Notes under the pieces: model-generated
The model's database searches: none
Seen by the model: the letters and a program-made list of their open reading frames with translations, nothing else
What the model was told of the DNA's origin: nothing
Made by a program: the position numbers and the translations under genes
In this document: positions 1 through 10,226 of the stretch, in pieces
How the letters are laid out: the number at the start of each line of letters is the position of its first letter
How positions within the stretch are numbered: position 1 is the first letter of the stretch
Source of the DNA: Sedimentisphaerales bacterium
GTDB lineage: Bacteria > Planctomycetota > Phycisphaerae > Sedimentisphaerales > Anaerobacaceae
Direction of reading: 5' to 3'
Length of the DNA: 64,000 nucleotides
NCBI GenBank assembly: GCA_963708075.1
Contig: OY970194.1
Location: 1,984,001-2,048,000, forward strand

Positions 1-2
1 CC

Positions 3-749
3 TCGCATGAGGAGCCGCCCAATCCGAGCCTCTGGCACGGCGACCTGGGCATCCGCCAGGCGAAGGAATCCCGCCGGGCCTACTACGGATCGGTGACATT
101 CATCGATGAGCAGATCGGGCGAATCCTGACGGCCCTCAAAAGGCGGGGCTTGTACGACAATACGCTGATCCTCTTTTTCGCCGACCACGGCGACATGCTC
201 GGCGACCATCATCTGTGGCGCAAGACCTACGCCTACGAAAGCTCGGCCAAGATCCCCATGATCCTGCGATGGCCCAAGAGCATGGACATGGCCCGACAGC
301 GAGGCGGGACGCTGCCCCAGCCCGTCGAATTGCGGGATGTCCTGCCAACCTTCCTCGACGCCGCCGGAGCGCCCGTCCCGAGCCATCTCGATGGAAGAAG
401 TCTGCTGGAGCCGGTCCGCGGACAGACGCGCAACTGGCGTCCCTTCATCGACCTCGAGCACTCGATGTGCTACAGCAACGACCACTGGACGGCGCTGACC
501 GACGGCAGGCAGAAGTACATCCACTATGCCTATGACGGGAGAGAGCAGCTCTTCGACTTGGGCAAAGACCCCGGAGAATGTCACGACCTGGCAGATGAAC
601 CAAGCCCGCAGGATACTCTGAAGCTCTGGCGGCAGCGCATGGTCACACACTTGTCCGAACGCGGCAATGAATTCGTGGAGAACGGGGCCCTCACGATACG
701 CAGGAAACCGCTGCTCTATTCGCCCAACTACCCGGGAAAGAGGGAGTGA
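3..749 (+). CDS. Arylsulfatase/sulfatase family protein, C-terminal part (5' end outside window)
   Basis: Frame open from the window edge; sulfatase core motifs YYGSVTFIDEQIG, FFADHGDMLGDH, DVLPTF, LDGRSL, EQLFDL..DPGE. Confidence 0.9.
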   Translation, partial: SHEEPPNPSLWHGDLGIRQAKESRRAYYGSVTFIDEQIGRILTALKRRGLYDNTLILFFADHGDMLGDHHLWRKTYAYESSAKIPMILRWPKSMDMARQRGGTLPQPVELRDVLPTFLDAAGAPVPSHLDGRSLLEPVRGQTRNWRPFIDLEHSMCYSNDHWTALTDGRQKYIHYAYDGREQLFDLGKDPGECHDLADEPSPQDTLKLWRQRMVTHLSERGNEFVENGALTIRRKPLLYSPNYPGKRE

Positions 750-793
750 CTCACCGCCACTGTTCTATTCAGACAAATATGTACCAAAGAGGC

Positions 794-941
794 ATGAGGA
801 ACTGGAATACGGCAGACAGCTTGGATCGACGTGACTTTCTTCCCGTGGCATGCGGCAGTGGTCATGCTGCTTTCGGCACAGATGGATGGACAATCGTTTC
901 TGCCGTTGCTGTGCGGGGACTCGATTCCCTGGCGTGACCAT
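794..941 (+). pseudogene. Relic of a Tat-exported sulfatase (signal peptide fragment plus internal fragment)
   Basis: ATG 794 gives MRNWNTADSLDRRDFL (twin-arginine motif); another frame at 882-941 reads MDGQSFLPLLCGDSIPWRDH, like LDGRSLLEPVRGQTRNWR and VDGADFSPLLRG in the neighbouring sulfatases. Confidence 0.5.
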
Positions 942-1138
942 AGCTCCCAGCCACTTTCAGTTGTTGCGACATCGCAGATGCTCGTGTACTCTATGACTCC
1001 AAGTGTTCGCATGAATGGAGCTGTGCGATTGTGCAAAAGACAATCAGATATCAGCCTTCCGGCCCATCCGGGATCCAGAAGGCTACGGAGTTGACCCAGA
1101 TGACCCTACAGACCCCGAGCGCTCATGCCGAATCCAAA

Positions 1139-4100
1139 ATGCTCCCGTCGTCCCTTCGGGCAGCACTCTGTCTTTCCATGTTCGTATGCAGCATCGCCAA
1201 TGTGACTACCGCGGGTGATTGGCCCACCTATCGGCACGATGCGATGCACAGTGGAGTAAGCCCCGAAAGCCTGCACGGCGACCTGTCCCTTCAATGGACC
1301 TATGTTCCGATGCACCCGCCAAAGCCAGCGTGGCCTGCGCCTTCGGAGGAAATGCCGCGCATGCACACCGACAACGCCTTTCAGGTTGCCGTGGCTGATG
1401 GCCGCGTTTTCTTTGGCTCCTCTGTGACCAACGAGATTTCTGCGATCGACGCCGCCTCAGGTACCATATCCTGGAGCTTCTTCACGGAAGGTCCCGTCCG
1501 CTTTGCTCCAACCGCATACAACGGTCGCGTGTACGCAGGCTCGGATGATGGCTATGTCTATTGCCTCAAGGCCCGTGATGGATCCCTTGTTTGGAAATAC
1601 CGACCGGGCCCGAGCGATGAAAAGGTCATCGGCAATGAGCGATTGATCTCCCTCTGGCCGGTTCGCACCAGCGTCCTGGTGGACCAGGGCACGCTCTACT
1701 GCAGTGCCGGCGTGTTTCCCTACGAAGGGATCTACATCTGTGCCCTCAACGCGGATGATGGGTCCGTCATCTGGAGAAACGATACCATCGGCGACCGTGC
1801 GCACGAACTCAGCTTCGGGGGCATATCGCCGCACGGCTACCTGTTGGCCTCCAAAGACACCCTCTACGTTCCTGCCGGCCGTGCCATGCCCGCCGCCTTC
1901 AGCCGGCGCACGGGGGAGTTCCTGTTCTGGGCCCCTCCCGGCGGTAAGCAAGGCGGCACGTGGTCCCTCTTGAATGACAACCAGCTCATCGCCGGCGTAG
2001 ACCGCTCCGGAACCCCTCATAAGGTCGCGTATGACGCCGAGACAGGCGCGAGCCGGGGAGATGTCTTCGCCTGGTTTCCCGGGTTGGACATGGTGATCAA
2101 AGATAAAACGGCCTACGTTCTCACTCGCGCAGGCATCTACGCCATTGATCGTGACGCCCACGCCCAGGCCGCCCGAAAGGCCGCTCCCCCGGCAAGGCAA
2201 CGGGAAGCGATGGCAAAGGAGCTTGCCCAACTCAGAGGAGACATCCAGAAGGCACAAGGGGAGGAACGAGCGAAGATCCGTACCAGGATTGATGAGATCG
2301 GCCGTCTCACGGCGGCGTCTCTGGCCGAGGATAAGCATCTACAGAATTCCTGCGTCACATGGCATCTACCCGCTCCGCAGTGCAATTCCCTCATCCTGGC
2401 CGGTGACATCCTTTTCATTGGCGGCTCGAAACAGGTACTCGGCGTCGAGGTACAGACGGGCCGGAAGGTATGGCAGGCAGGCGTCACTGGAAATGCTCTT
2501 GGTCTCGCTGCCGGCGATGGCCGCCTGATCGTCAGCACCGACGATGGCAGGATCTGTTGCTTTGCCGACGCCAAGAGTCCTTCGGCGCCGAAGGAGACAA
2601 GGATCGTGCGCGATCCCAATGTCTTTCAAGGTCATCCCCAGAGACAGTTTTACCGCGATGCAGCGCGCCGGATCGTTGACGAAAGCCGGATGACGAAAGG
2701 GTATTGTCTCGTTGTTGACTGCAACGTGGGGCAGCTCGCCTATGAATTGACGCAGATCACCGACCTCAAGATCGTGGGGCTCGAGAAAGACCCCCACAAA
2801 CTCCGGATTGCCCGGGACAGGCTGCGATCGGCAGGCTTGCTGGGCTCGCGCGTGGTCGTTGAGCCCTGGGACATCGCGTCTCTGCCCCTCTACTTCGCCA
2901 ATCTCATCGTCTCGGACGAGCTGTTGACCACGGGGGCCGTCACGGTGACACGAGAGCAGTTGGAGCGTATCGTGAGGCCGGCCGGCGGGACCGTTGTCGC
3001 GGGCATGCCGGGCAACGGTGGCAGTCTGCGATGGCGCACTTTCAAACGCCCCAAACTCGAACAGGCGGGGAGCTGGACCCACGAGTACGGCAATCCGCAG
3101 AACACGGCCTGCTCCTCCGACCAGTTGGCCAAGGGCCCGTTTGGAGTCCTGTGGTTCGGGGAGCCGGGGCCGCTGTCGATGGTGGAGCGGCACGCCAGGG
3201 CACAGAGTCCCGTATCCATGGACGGCCGCTTGTTCATCCAGGGAGAAGAGCTGATTCTGGCGGTCGATGCCTACAATGGGACCCCGCTATGGCAACGCCG
3301 AATCCCCGGCGCGGTGCGGCCTCGCGTGGATGTGGATGGAGGGAATCTGGCCTTGACCGAAGAAGCTCTCTACGTGGCGGCCTACGATCGATGCCTGCGC
3401 CTGGACCCGGCAACCGGCGCTACAGTTCGCATCTATGACCTGCCGGAGGCCGGCGGCAGCACCTACCGCTGGGGCTGCGTCTCGACCGATCGGAACATCC
3501 TGTTCGGCATCAGGGCCGAGCCCTTCAAGCAGCCTTACGGGGCCGACCTCAGAGCCAAGCATGCGGACCCGAACATTGACATACAACAGGCTTACACGAG
3601 GTCAAATGCGGAGTGGTTCCCCATGGCCAACTACCCGCTCTGGGAGAACTACAGCCCGGACAAAGGCTCAGTAACAAACAAGATGATGGCCGGTGACATG
3701 GTCTTCGCGCTCAATCCAGGTACCGGGGCGACCCTGTGGACTCATCAGGGCAAGCGAATTGGCAAACTAACGATGTCCATAGGCGATGGAAAGGTGTTCT
3801 TCGCGGAGAGCAGCGTCACGGATAGCCTGACAAACCAGGCCTTGGACGAGCGCCGCGGACTCATCCGCAAAGGTCTCTACGAAGAGACTCAGAGGATGAA
3901 GAAGGCCGGGGAATATGCACCGTCCGACGTCAGGCTTGTGGTGGCCCTCGACGCTGCCACCGGCAAGAAGCTCTGGGAAAGGCCCGTGGATTTCACCGGT
4001 TGCTGCGGGGATGCCATGGGCTCCGCCTATCAGAATGATGTGCTGCTATTCTTCGGCTGCGTCGGCAACCATGATGCCTACCGTTTCCAGGAAGACCAGC

Positions 4101-5215
4101 TCACGTACCGGCGTATTGTGGCCCTGTCGGCCTCCACGGGCGAGATCCTGTGGTCGCGTCCGATCAACTATCGCACGCGGCCTGTGGTCATCGGCGATAG
4201 AATCATCATCGAGCCCCGAGCGTGCGATCTGCGTACGGGCAGGATCCAGATGCGGCTTGACCCGATCACGGAAAAGCAGGTCCCCTGGGAGTTCCTGCGT
4301 CCGGGGCACACCTGTGCCATTACCAGCGCCTCGCCGAACGCCTTGTTCTATCGCTCTTCCTGCGTGGCCTTCTACGACCTTGTCCGTGACGCAGGAGTGG
4401 CCCTCTTCGGAGGTATCCGCCCCGGCTGCTGGATCAACATGATCCCGGCGAACGGCCTCGTACTCGTGCCGGAGGCCAGCGTGGGTTGCACCTGCTCATA
4501 CCCCCTTCGTGGTTCTTTTGCGCTGGTGAACAAATCCGACAGGGTTCAGCCCTGGACCGTCTTCATCAACCACACGGAAATGAAGCAGAGAGAGCAGGTG
4601 TTGCCCAGCCCATACGACAAGCCCGTGAAACACCTTGCCGTGAATTTCGGCGCACCGGGGGACATGAAAGACGAGAATGGCACATTGTGGCTGGCCTACC
4701 CCAATCCCAGGACGGTGTACGGTCAGAACCACTTCGCCAACTACGGCATCAAGTTCAACCTGAACGAGGTGATCCTGAAGGATATGGGGTATTTCCGCCA
4801 TGACTTCAGAGGCATCAAGATCGAAGGGACGAATGAACCCTGGCTCTTCACCTCCGGCTGTCTGGGACTGCTCCGCTGTGAAATACCAGTACGGGACAAG
4901 GACCCGAACCATGAGCCGGGCCTCTACACAGTCTGTCTCGGATTCCGGCCTGATGACCATGACAAACCGGGCCAGCGGGTGTGCGACATCAAGCTGCAAG
5001 GCCGTATCGTGTCCGCAGACTTCGACATCTCGCGAATCTCGGGTGGAACCGACAAGGCCATAGTCCAGGAGTTCCAGGACGTCGCGGTCGACGCGGACCT
5101 CCTCCTGGAATTCGTCCCCAAAACAACGACCCCGGACAAGACGCAGGCTCCCCTCATCAATTTCGTGGAGATCATCCAGCAGGATAAACCTCCGCTTGCC
5201 AAGCGCGATGGTTGA
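1139..5215 (+). CDS. Secreted PQQ-like (BamB-type) beta-propeller repeat protein with SAM-methyltransferase-like middle domain and C-terminal malectin-like domain
   Basis: Signal peptide then DWPTYRHD..SG; repeated AxDAxTGxxxW blades; GYCLVVDCNVGQL Rossmann-like segment; PGQRVCDIKLQG..DFDI malectin signature; start set at ATG 1139 (ORF track starts 1031). Confidence 0.8.
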   Translation: MLPSSLRAALCLSMFVCSIANVTTAGDWPTYRHDAMHSGVSPESLHGDLSLQWTYVPMHPPKPAWPAPSEEMPRMHTDNAFQVAVADGRVFFGSSVTNEISAIDAASGTISWSFFTEGPVRFAPTAYNGRVYAGSDDGYVYCLKARDGSLVWKYRPGPSDEKVIGNERLISLWPVRTSVLVDQGTLYCSAGVFPYEGIYICALNADDGSVIWRNDTIGDRAHELSFGGISPHGYLLASKDTLYVPAGRAMPAAFSRRTGEFLFWAPPGGKQGGTWSLLNDNQLIAGVDRSGTPHKVAYDAETGASRGDVFAWFPGLDMVIKDKTAYVLTRAGIYAIDRDAHAQAARKAAPPARQREAMAKELAQLRGDIQKAQGEERAKIRTRIDEIGRLTAASLAEDKHLQNSCVTWHLPAPQCNSLILAGDILFIGGSKQVLGVEVQTGRKVWQAGVTGNALGLAAGDGRLIVSTDDGRICCFADAKSPSAPKETRIVRDPNVFQGHPQRQFYRDAARRIVDESRMTKGYCLVVDCNVGQLAYELTQITDLKIVGLEKDPHKLRIARDRLRSAGLLGSRVVVEPWDIASLPLYFANLIVSDELLTTGAVTVTREQLERIVRPAGGTVVAGMPGNGGSLRWRTFKRPKLEQAGSWTHEYGNPQNTACSSDQLAKGPFGVLWFGEPGPLSMVERHARAQSPVSMDGRLFIQGEELILAVDAYNGTPLWQRRIPGAVRPRVDVDGGNLALTEEALYVAAYDRCLRLDPATGATVRIYDLPEAGGSTYRWGCVSTDRNILFGIRAEPFKQPYGADLRAKHADPNIDIQQAYTRSNAEWFPMANYPLWENYSPDKGSVTNKMMAGDMVFALNPGTGATLWTHQGKRIGKLTMSIGDGKVFFAESSVTDSLTNQALDERRGLIRKGLYEETQRMKKAGEYAPSDVRLVVALDAATGKKLWERPVDFTGCCGDAMGSAYQNDVLLFFGCVGNHDAYRFQEDQLTYRRIVALSASTGEILWSRPINYRTRPVVIGDRIIIEPRACDLRTGRIQMRLDPITEKQVPWEFLRPGHTCAITSASPNALFYRSSCVAFYDLVRDAGVALFGGIRPGCWINMIPANGLVLVPEASVGCTCSYPLRGSFALVNKSDRVQPWTVFINHTEMKQREQVLPSPYDKPVKHLAVNFGAPGDMKDENGTLWLAYPNPRTVYGQNHFANYGIKFNLNEVILKDMGYFRHDFRGIKIEGTNEPWLFTSGCLGLLRCEIPVRDKDPNHEPGLYTVCLGFRPDDHDKPGQRVCDIKLQGRIVSADFDISRISGGTDKAIVQEFQDVAVDADLLLEFVPKTTTPDKTQAPLINFVEIIQQDKPPLAKRDG

Positions 5216-6819
5216 TGGACCAGAGCCCTCGGCCAGGACTCCCTACGCCCTGCTGACACTCTCACCCATGGCCTACTCCTCCTGGCCGATCTGCGCGCAG
5301 CCTTTTGACGTTTGGCGCGCTTGCCTTCCTTGGCTTTTCCCGTTCGATTCCCTTCGACCTGGCGAGTTGCTCGGCCGGGAAAGTCGACGCCAAGATTCTG
5401 GGATTGTTGTTTCGGACCGCCGGGAACCCAGGACTGCAGATCGCCTGTCGTAGCTGTAATGCCCCACGAATCACCTGTCTCTCGCATAATTGAAGTCAGC
5501 CGGTCGTCAAATTCCTTGACCAGTGCCTTCTGAGATGGATCGTCCACGAGGTTTCTCTTCTCCCAGGGATCGTTCTTCAGATCGAAGAGGAACCAGGGTT
5601 TGTCTTTCGTGCGCGCATACATGTGCTGACGTGTGTGCAGAGCCCTCCAGCCCGGCCATGGGACATAAGCGTATGGCATTTGGAGATAAACATAGTCGCG
5701 TGGCGGCTTCGTGGTTTCGCCACGCAGCAAGGGCGAGAAATCGGCGCCGTCCACGCCGGCGGGCGCCTTGAGCCCGGCCAGACCGGCCAACGTCGGATAG
5801 ACATCAGGCGAGCCGAACGGATCGGCGATCACTGTGCCCGGTTTGATCGCTCGTGGATGACGGATCAGGAACGGAACGCGCGCCGATTCCTCATAGGGCC
5901 AGCGCTTGGCTTTAACGCCCTGGCAGCCGATCATGTCCCCGTGGTCGGAGGAATAAACCACGATCGTATCATCGGCGACACCGGCCTGGTCCAGAGCCTG
6001 AAGGATACGTTTGAATTCATCATCAAGGCTTTCGATCATTCCATAATAGTCAGGTAGGCACTGTTTCGCGTTCTCAGCGGGCAATCCCTCGGGGACGTTG
6101 GGCGGAATCGCGACCTTGGAGAAATGCTCCGCGTACCCTTCCGGAGCCTTATAAGGACTATGGGGGAGAATCCAGGAAACAAAAAGCATCCACGGCTTTG
6201 GACCTTTGCTCTTTTCGGCGATGAACTTGAGAGCCACATCGGTCACGTTCGCGGACTGCCGGTCGGTGCGGTAGAAGCCGAACTCGGTCTTCGGGGCCGG
6301 GAAACCGTACGTCGGGTCCTTGGCATCCTTGGGCGGGGAGATGTGCCATTTGCCCGAATACCCGGTTTCGTAGCCGGCGTCGCGGAACGTCTCGGCAACG
6401 CATTTGACCGTGGGACGGAATGTGACACCGTTGCTCATCACGCCATTGAGATGGGCATATTGTCCCGACATCAGGCAGGCACGATAGGGACAACAGACGG
6501 GCGTGTTCGACATCGCGGCGTCCAGCCGGGCGCCCTGCCTGGCGAAGGCGTCGAGAACCGGCGTGCGGGCATTGGCGTCGCCGTAGCAGCCCATGGAATA
6601 CGCCCGCTGCATGTCGGAGAAGACAAACAGGACATTAGGCCGGCGTGCGAGACTCCGGCCGCCCTCAGTGGCACCCAAAGCATGCACCGATTCGGTCATA
6701 TCCAGGAAGGACGCGGCCAATCCCACCGCCCCCACACGCAGGAAGGCGCGGCGGTCCAATACTGCCGTTCCCCTGCCACAATCACCTTTGGTTATTGTCG
6801 TCGCGCCTTGCCGATCCAT
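4924..6819 (-). CDS. Tat-exported formylglycine-dependent sulfatase (true stop probably 5273; run-on tail likely a frameshift artefact)
   Basis: LDRRAFL Tat motif, RPNVLFVFSDMQR, catalytic CCPYR (CxPxR), GKWH, SDHGD; GAGGT SD before ATG 6819; as assembled it overlaps the convergent gene by 292 bp. Confidence 0.9.
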   Translation of the reverse strand: MDRQGATTITKGDCGRGTAVLDRRAFLRVGAVGLAASFLDMTESVHALGATEGGRSLARRPNVLFVFSDMQRAYSMGCYGDANARTPVLDAFARQGARLDAAMSNTPVCCPYRACLMSGQYAHLNGVMSNGVTFRPTVKCVAETFRDAGYETGYSGKWHISPPKDAKDPTYGFPAPKTEFGFYRTDRQSANVTDVALKFIAEKSKGPKPWMLFVSWILPHSPYKAPEGYAEHFSKVAIPPNVPEGLPAENAKQCLPDYYGMIESLDDEFKRILQALDQAGVADDTIVVYSSDHGDMIGCQGVKAKRWPYEESARVPFLIRHPRAIKPGTVIADPFGSPDVYPTLAGLAGLKAPAGVDGADFSPLLRGETTKPPRDYVYLQMPYAYVPWPGWRALHTRQHMYARTKDKPWFLFDLKNDPWEKRNLVDDPSQKALVKEFDDRLTSIMRETGDSWGITATTGDLQSWVPGGPKQQSQNLGVDFPGRATRQVEGNRTGKAKEGKRAKRQKAARRSARRSRPWVRVSAGRRESWPRALVHQPSRLASGGLSCWMISTKLMRGACVLSGVVVLGTNSRRRSASTATSWNSWTMALSVPPEIREMSKSADTIRPCSLMSHTRWPGLSWSSGRNPRQTV

Positions 6820-7038
6820 TGGGACCTCACTCAAACGCTCAGAATATGGAATAAAAAGATGTTCCATTAGTTACCACGAAACCGTGCAGGACACAAGTAC
6901 TACCGCGCCGCCAGTGCTCCTGATTGAGCAAGTTGGCCTCCACTCAGGAATAACGTGGGTCAATAAGAATAATCCATTCGCTCACTATAGTTGATGTCAC
7001 TGCTCTGCACGAGATATGATGGCGGCAGAGGTGCTATC

Positions 7039-7389
7039 ATGGTGAAAACCAAATCAGTGTATGACTCGGCAGAGGAATCGGACGGCGAGAGAATTCTGGT
7101 AACGCGATATTGGCCGCGTGGCATTTCGAAAGCCCGCCTGGCCGCAGCAGAGTGGATACGAGAAGTCGCCCCAAGCAAAGAACTGCTGGAGGATTGGAAA
7201 GCGAGTCGGATCTCGTGGGACGAATATGCAGTCCGCTACCACAAAGAGATGCTGGCTCACGGATCAGCCATTGCAGCGCTCAAACGCAAAGCCGGGGCGA
7301 GCACGATTACTCTACTCTGCTTTGAGCGTGAGGGAGACCCTCACTGCCACCGTCATCTTCTGAAGAACTTGATCGACATCCAGGAGTAA
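7039..7389 (+). CDS. DUF488 family protein (YeaO-like)
   Basis: KSVYD..DGERILVTRYWPRGISK, W.REVAPSKEL, ITLLCFE....HCHR; GAGGT SD before ATG 7039. Confidence 0.88.
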   Translation: MVKTKSVYDSAEESDGERILVTRYWPRGISKARLAAAEWIREVAPSKELLEDWKASRISWDEYAVRYHKEMLAHGSAIAALKRKAGASTITLLCFEREGDPHCHRHLLKNLIDIQE

Positions 7390-7439
7390 TCACAGAGGGT
7401 GCTGTGTCCTCACCCTGTGCCCTCTGCCGATGGAGATGC

Positions 7440-7976
7440 TTAGAAGTTTTCTCCCACCATCTCAAAGTATGCCTGCGGGTGCTTGCAGACCGGGCACATC
7501 GTCAGAGCCTTTTCTCCTTCATAGACAAACCCGCAGTTGCGACATCGCCATTTCACTCGCTGGGGTTTTGCGAAGACGCGGCCGGACTCAAAATTCTCCA
7601 GCAGCTTCTTATATCGCTCTTCATGCTCCTTCTCGATCTTCGCCAGGCCATCGAACAGACGAGCGATCTCCTCGAAACCCTCCTGTCGGGCAGCCTTTGC
7701 CATCTCGGGGTACATCCTGGTCCATTCGTAGTTCTCGCCTCCGGCCGCCTCTCGCAGGTTCGCCGCCGTGTCCCCGATGCCCTCCAGCAGCTTCAGGTGG
7801 AGCTTGGCGTGCTCCTTTTCCTGGTCGGCCGTCTCCAGGAAGATCGCCGCGATCTGCTCATAGCCCTCTTTCTTCGCCGCAGAGGCGAAATACGTGTACT
7901 TGTTGCGAGCCTGAGATTCCCCCGCAAACGCCTGCTTGAGATTCTGCTCCGTCTTGCTGCCCTTCAGTTCAGCCAT
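7440..7976 (-). CDS. rbr: Rubrerythrin
   Basis: [22 protein letters not shown], diiron EKEH motifs, C-terminal rubredoxin-like CRNCG...CPVC. Confidence 0.95.
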   Translation of the reverse strand: MAELKGSKTEQNLKQAFAGESQARNKYTYFASAAKKEGYEQIAAIFLETADQEKEHAKLHLKLLEGIGDTAANLREAAGGENYEWTRMYPEMAKAARQEGFEEIARLFDGLAKIEKEHEERYKKLLENFESGRVFAKPQRVKWRCRNCGFVYEGEKALTMCPVCKHPQAYFEMVGENF

Positions 7977-8192
7977 GATCTTCTCCTGTTGGCCCATGCC
8001 AGATAGCGATCCCTGGGTTGCCCGGACACTTGCCGAATAGTACAGACTCCTGTGGTTCGTGTCACGCACGTACTTGCCATGGCCTGCTCGCAGACGTGAC
8101 GCCGGACGATGCGGAGCCAATATGCCGTCAAGCCTAGGGTCTGTCTGGCACGTCACATAGTGTTTGCCGGTCTCCCTTCATGGCATTTTCAC

Positions 8193-8220
8193 TTGATCTC
8201 CACCAGCTCGCCCTTACAAT
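8193..8220 (+). promoter_or_regulatory. Candidate sigma70-type promoter upstream of mscL
   Basis: TTGATC-N16-TACAAT in the rbr/mscL divergent intergenic region. Confidence 0.35.
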
Positions 8221-8264
8221 ACGAGCATAGCCTCTGAAACGGTTGGACTCTGTGGTCAAGAGAG

Positions 8265-8278
8265 TAGATCAAGATCAA
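8265..8278. promoter_or_regulatory. Candidate FNR/CRP-family binding site
   Basis: TAGAT-CAAG-ATCAA, one mismatch to TTGAT-N4-ATCAA. Confidence 0.3.
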
Positions 8279-8448
8279 TGATTCATTTCCTCTCACGTGT
8301 CAGATGGCATTTGTTGGAACCGACGCGTTTCAGCCACCTTTGTGGACGCAGGACGGAATGGTCGCACTCACCCGCCTTCCGCACCGTATCCGGAAGTCAC
8401 GGTGACGGACGTGTCACACTATAAACACCGTTTTCAAGGAGAAAGAAA

Positions 8449-8817
8449 ATGGGACTGCTGAAGGAATTCAGAGACTTCGCCGTCAAAGGCAACGCCATGG
8501 ACATGGCCGTGGGCATTATTATCGGAGCTGCGTTCAACAAGATTGTCAGCTCCCTGGTGAACGATGTCATCATGCCCCCCATAGGCATGCTCCTGGGAGG
8601 TGTCGACTTCAAGAACCTGCAGTTGACTCTGAAGGAGGCCACCATGTCTGCCGCGGGCACGGAGATACCGGCTGTAGCCGTACGCTACGGCCTGTTCATC
8701 AATACCGTCATTGACTTTCTGATCGTGGCCTTCACGATCTTCCTGGTCATCAGAACGATCAACCGTCTTGCTCAGATGCGTCCGCCGTTTGTCCGCGCCG
8801 AGCCTACAGCAAAATAG
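8449..8817 (+). CDS. mscL: Large-conductance mechanosensitive channel MscL (short C-terminus)
   Basis: [44 protein letters not shown] and [24 protein letters not shown]. Confidence 0.96.
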   Translation: MGLLKEFRDFAVKGNAMDMAVGIIIGAAFNKIVSSLVNDVIMPPIGMLLGGVDFKNLQLTLKEATMSAAGTEIPAVAVRYGLFINTVIDFLIVAFTIFLVIRTINRLAQMRPPFVRAEPTAK

Positions 8818-9010
8818 ATGAAAACACTGGGTGTACGTCCGGAGCGGGCCGCGTGATTCTCCGGACGCTCGTTGCACCCTGATCGGGAGGCAGGAACCTG
8901 TTTAGCTGTTCCCGGTTCTGTGTGGCCTTCGGGACATCCGAGTCCCGTTTGGAGGTATTGTCGTTGGACTGGTAGTTTCTTGTGGATGTGAATCTATAAA
9001 GGAATCACTC

Positions 9011-10039
9011 ATGCGCACGAAGGTATTGTTCTCGGTACTGTGCTTTGTCGGCCTATGCTCGACCCTCTATGCGGATCAGGTGTTTCTGAAGAACGGGGAC
9101 ATTCTGACCGGTAAAATCGTCAGCATGACTGACGGAAAGATGGTCCTGGCTGTGGACCTCATCGGGGAGTTGACCATTGATGTGAGAAACATCGCAACAT
9201 TCAAGAGCGATGCCCCCGTGGAGATTCACCTCAGCGACGGCACTGTGCTGCACCAGCCGGTGGCCACGGCCGAGCCGAATCAATTCTCCATTACGACGGG
9301 CAAGCCCCTCCAGCCTCAGACCTTCAGCTTGACCCAGGTGGTATCGATCAATCCACCACCCCGGCCGCTGCCCAAGTGGACCGGCAACATCACCGGCTCA
9401 CTGACTTCCACCCACGGCAACACCAGCGCGGATACCATGGCCGGCAGCTTTAGCATGATGCGCCGTGGTGAGAAGGACCGCACCACCGCCAGCGCCGACT
9501 ACGTCAAGAGCGACCGGGAGGACCCGGATACCGGAGAAGAAGAGACCACGGAGAACTGGTGGAAGACCAAAGCACAGTACGACTACTTCTTCTCAAAGAA
9601 GTTCTTCGGCTTTGTGAACGGCAGATATGAGAAGGATGCCATTGCCGAGTTGGACCGGCGGGTTGTGGTCGGCGGCGGTGCCGGTTATCAGTGGATCGAG
9701 GAACCGAAGACGAGCTTCTCCACCAGCTTCGGTCTGGCATCGCTCTATGAGAAGTTCGACAACCAGACCGACAGCAACAGCGAGCTCTCCCTGCAGGCTG
9801 GATATGTCTTCCAGAAGACCCTGTTGGAGAACCTCAGATTCATGCATGACTTGACCTATTACCCAAGCATCGAGCAGTTCTCCGACTACTTCCTGACTAC
9901 CTCCGCGGAGCTGCGGGTCACGATGGTCAAGAACCTGTTCGCCAGCTTCCGGGTGATCTTCGATTACGACACCAGCCCAGCGCAAGGGCGAGGCAGCACG
10001 GATGTCAAGTACATGCTTGGTATCGGCCTCAACTTCTGA
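9011..10039 (+). CDS. DUF481 family outer-membrane beta-barrel protein
   Basis: Signal peptide, D.V.LKNGD.LTG N-domain, alternating beta-strand pattern, C-terminal Phe (GIGLNF). Confidence 0.82.
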   Translation: MRTKVLFSVLCFVGLCSTLYADQVFLKNGDILTGKIVSMTDGKMVLAVDLIGELTIDVRNIATFKSDAPVEIHLSDGTVLHQPVATAEPNQFSITTGKPLQPQTFSLTQVVSINPPPRPLPKWTGNITGSLTSTHGNTSADTMAGSFSMMRRGEKDRTTASADYVKSDREDPDTGEEETTENWWKTKAQYDYFFSKKFFGFVNGRYEKDAIAELDRRVVVGGGAGYQWIEEPKTSFSTSFGLASLYEKFDNQTDSNSELSLQAGYVFQKTLLENLRFMHDLTYYPSIEQFSDYFLTTSAELRVTMVKNLFASFRVIFDYDTSPAQGRGSTDVKYMLGIGLNF

Positions 10040-10068
10040 GCAAGCTCGAGGCAACGACAGTATTCAAC

Positions 10069-10101
10069 CAGCCGGGCTCGGTTACTCCTCGGGCCCGGCT
10101 G
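10069..10101. terminator. Hairpin between convergent genes
   Basis: CAGCCGGGCTCG / CGGGCCCGGCTG inverted repeat (one wobble pair), followed by ATTCTT. Confidence 0.55.
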
Positions 10102-10226
10102 ATTCTTGCGCTTAGTCCTTCCATCTCATGTCCCTGGCGGGATGAATCGACGGCAGACCCCTTCTCAATGGGACACGCGATCAGATCCACTACGGGCGAT
10201 ATGGTGTTGCGTCTTCGTGCCGCCCT

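Noticed and set aside
4924..5272. 292-bp antisense overlap of the sulfatase tail with the PQQ-malectin gene as a genuine overlapping gene pair
   Set aside because: The tail has no sulfatase features, and a single indel near 5295 gives a natural stop at 5273.
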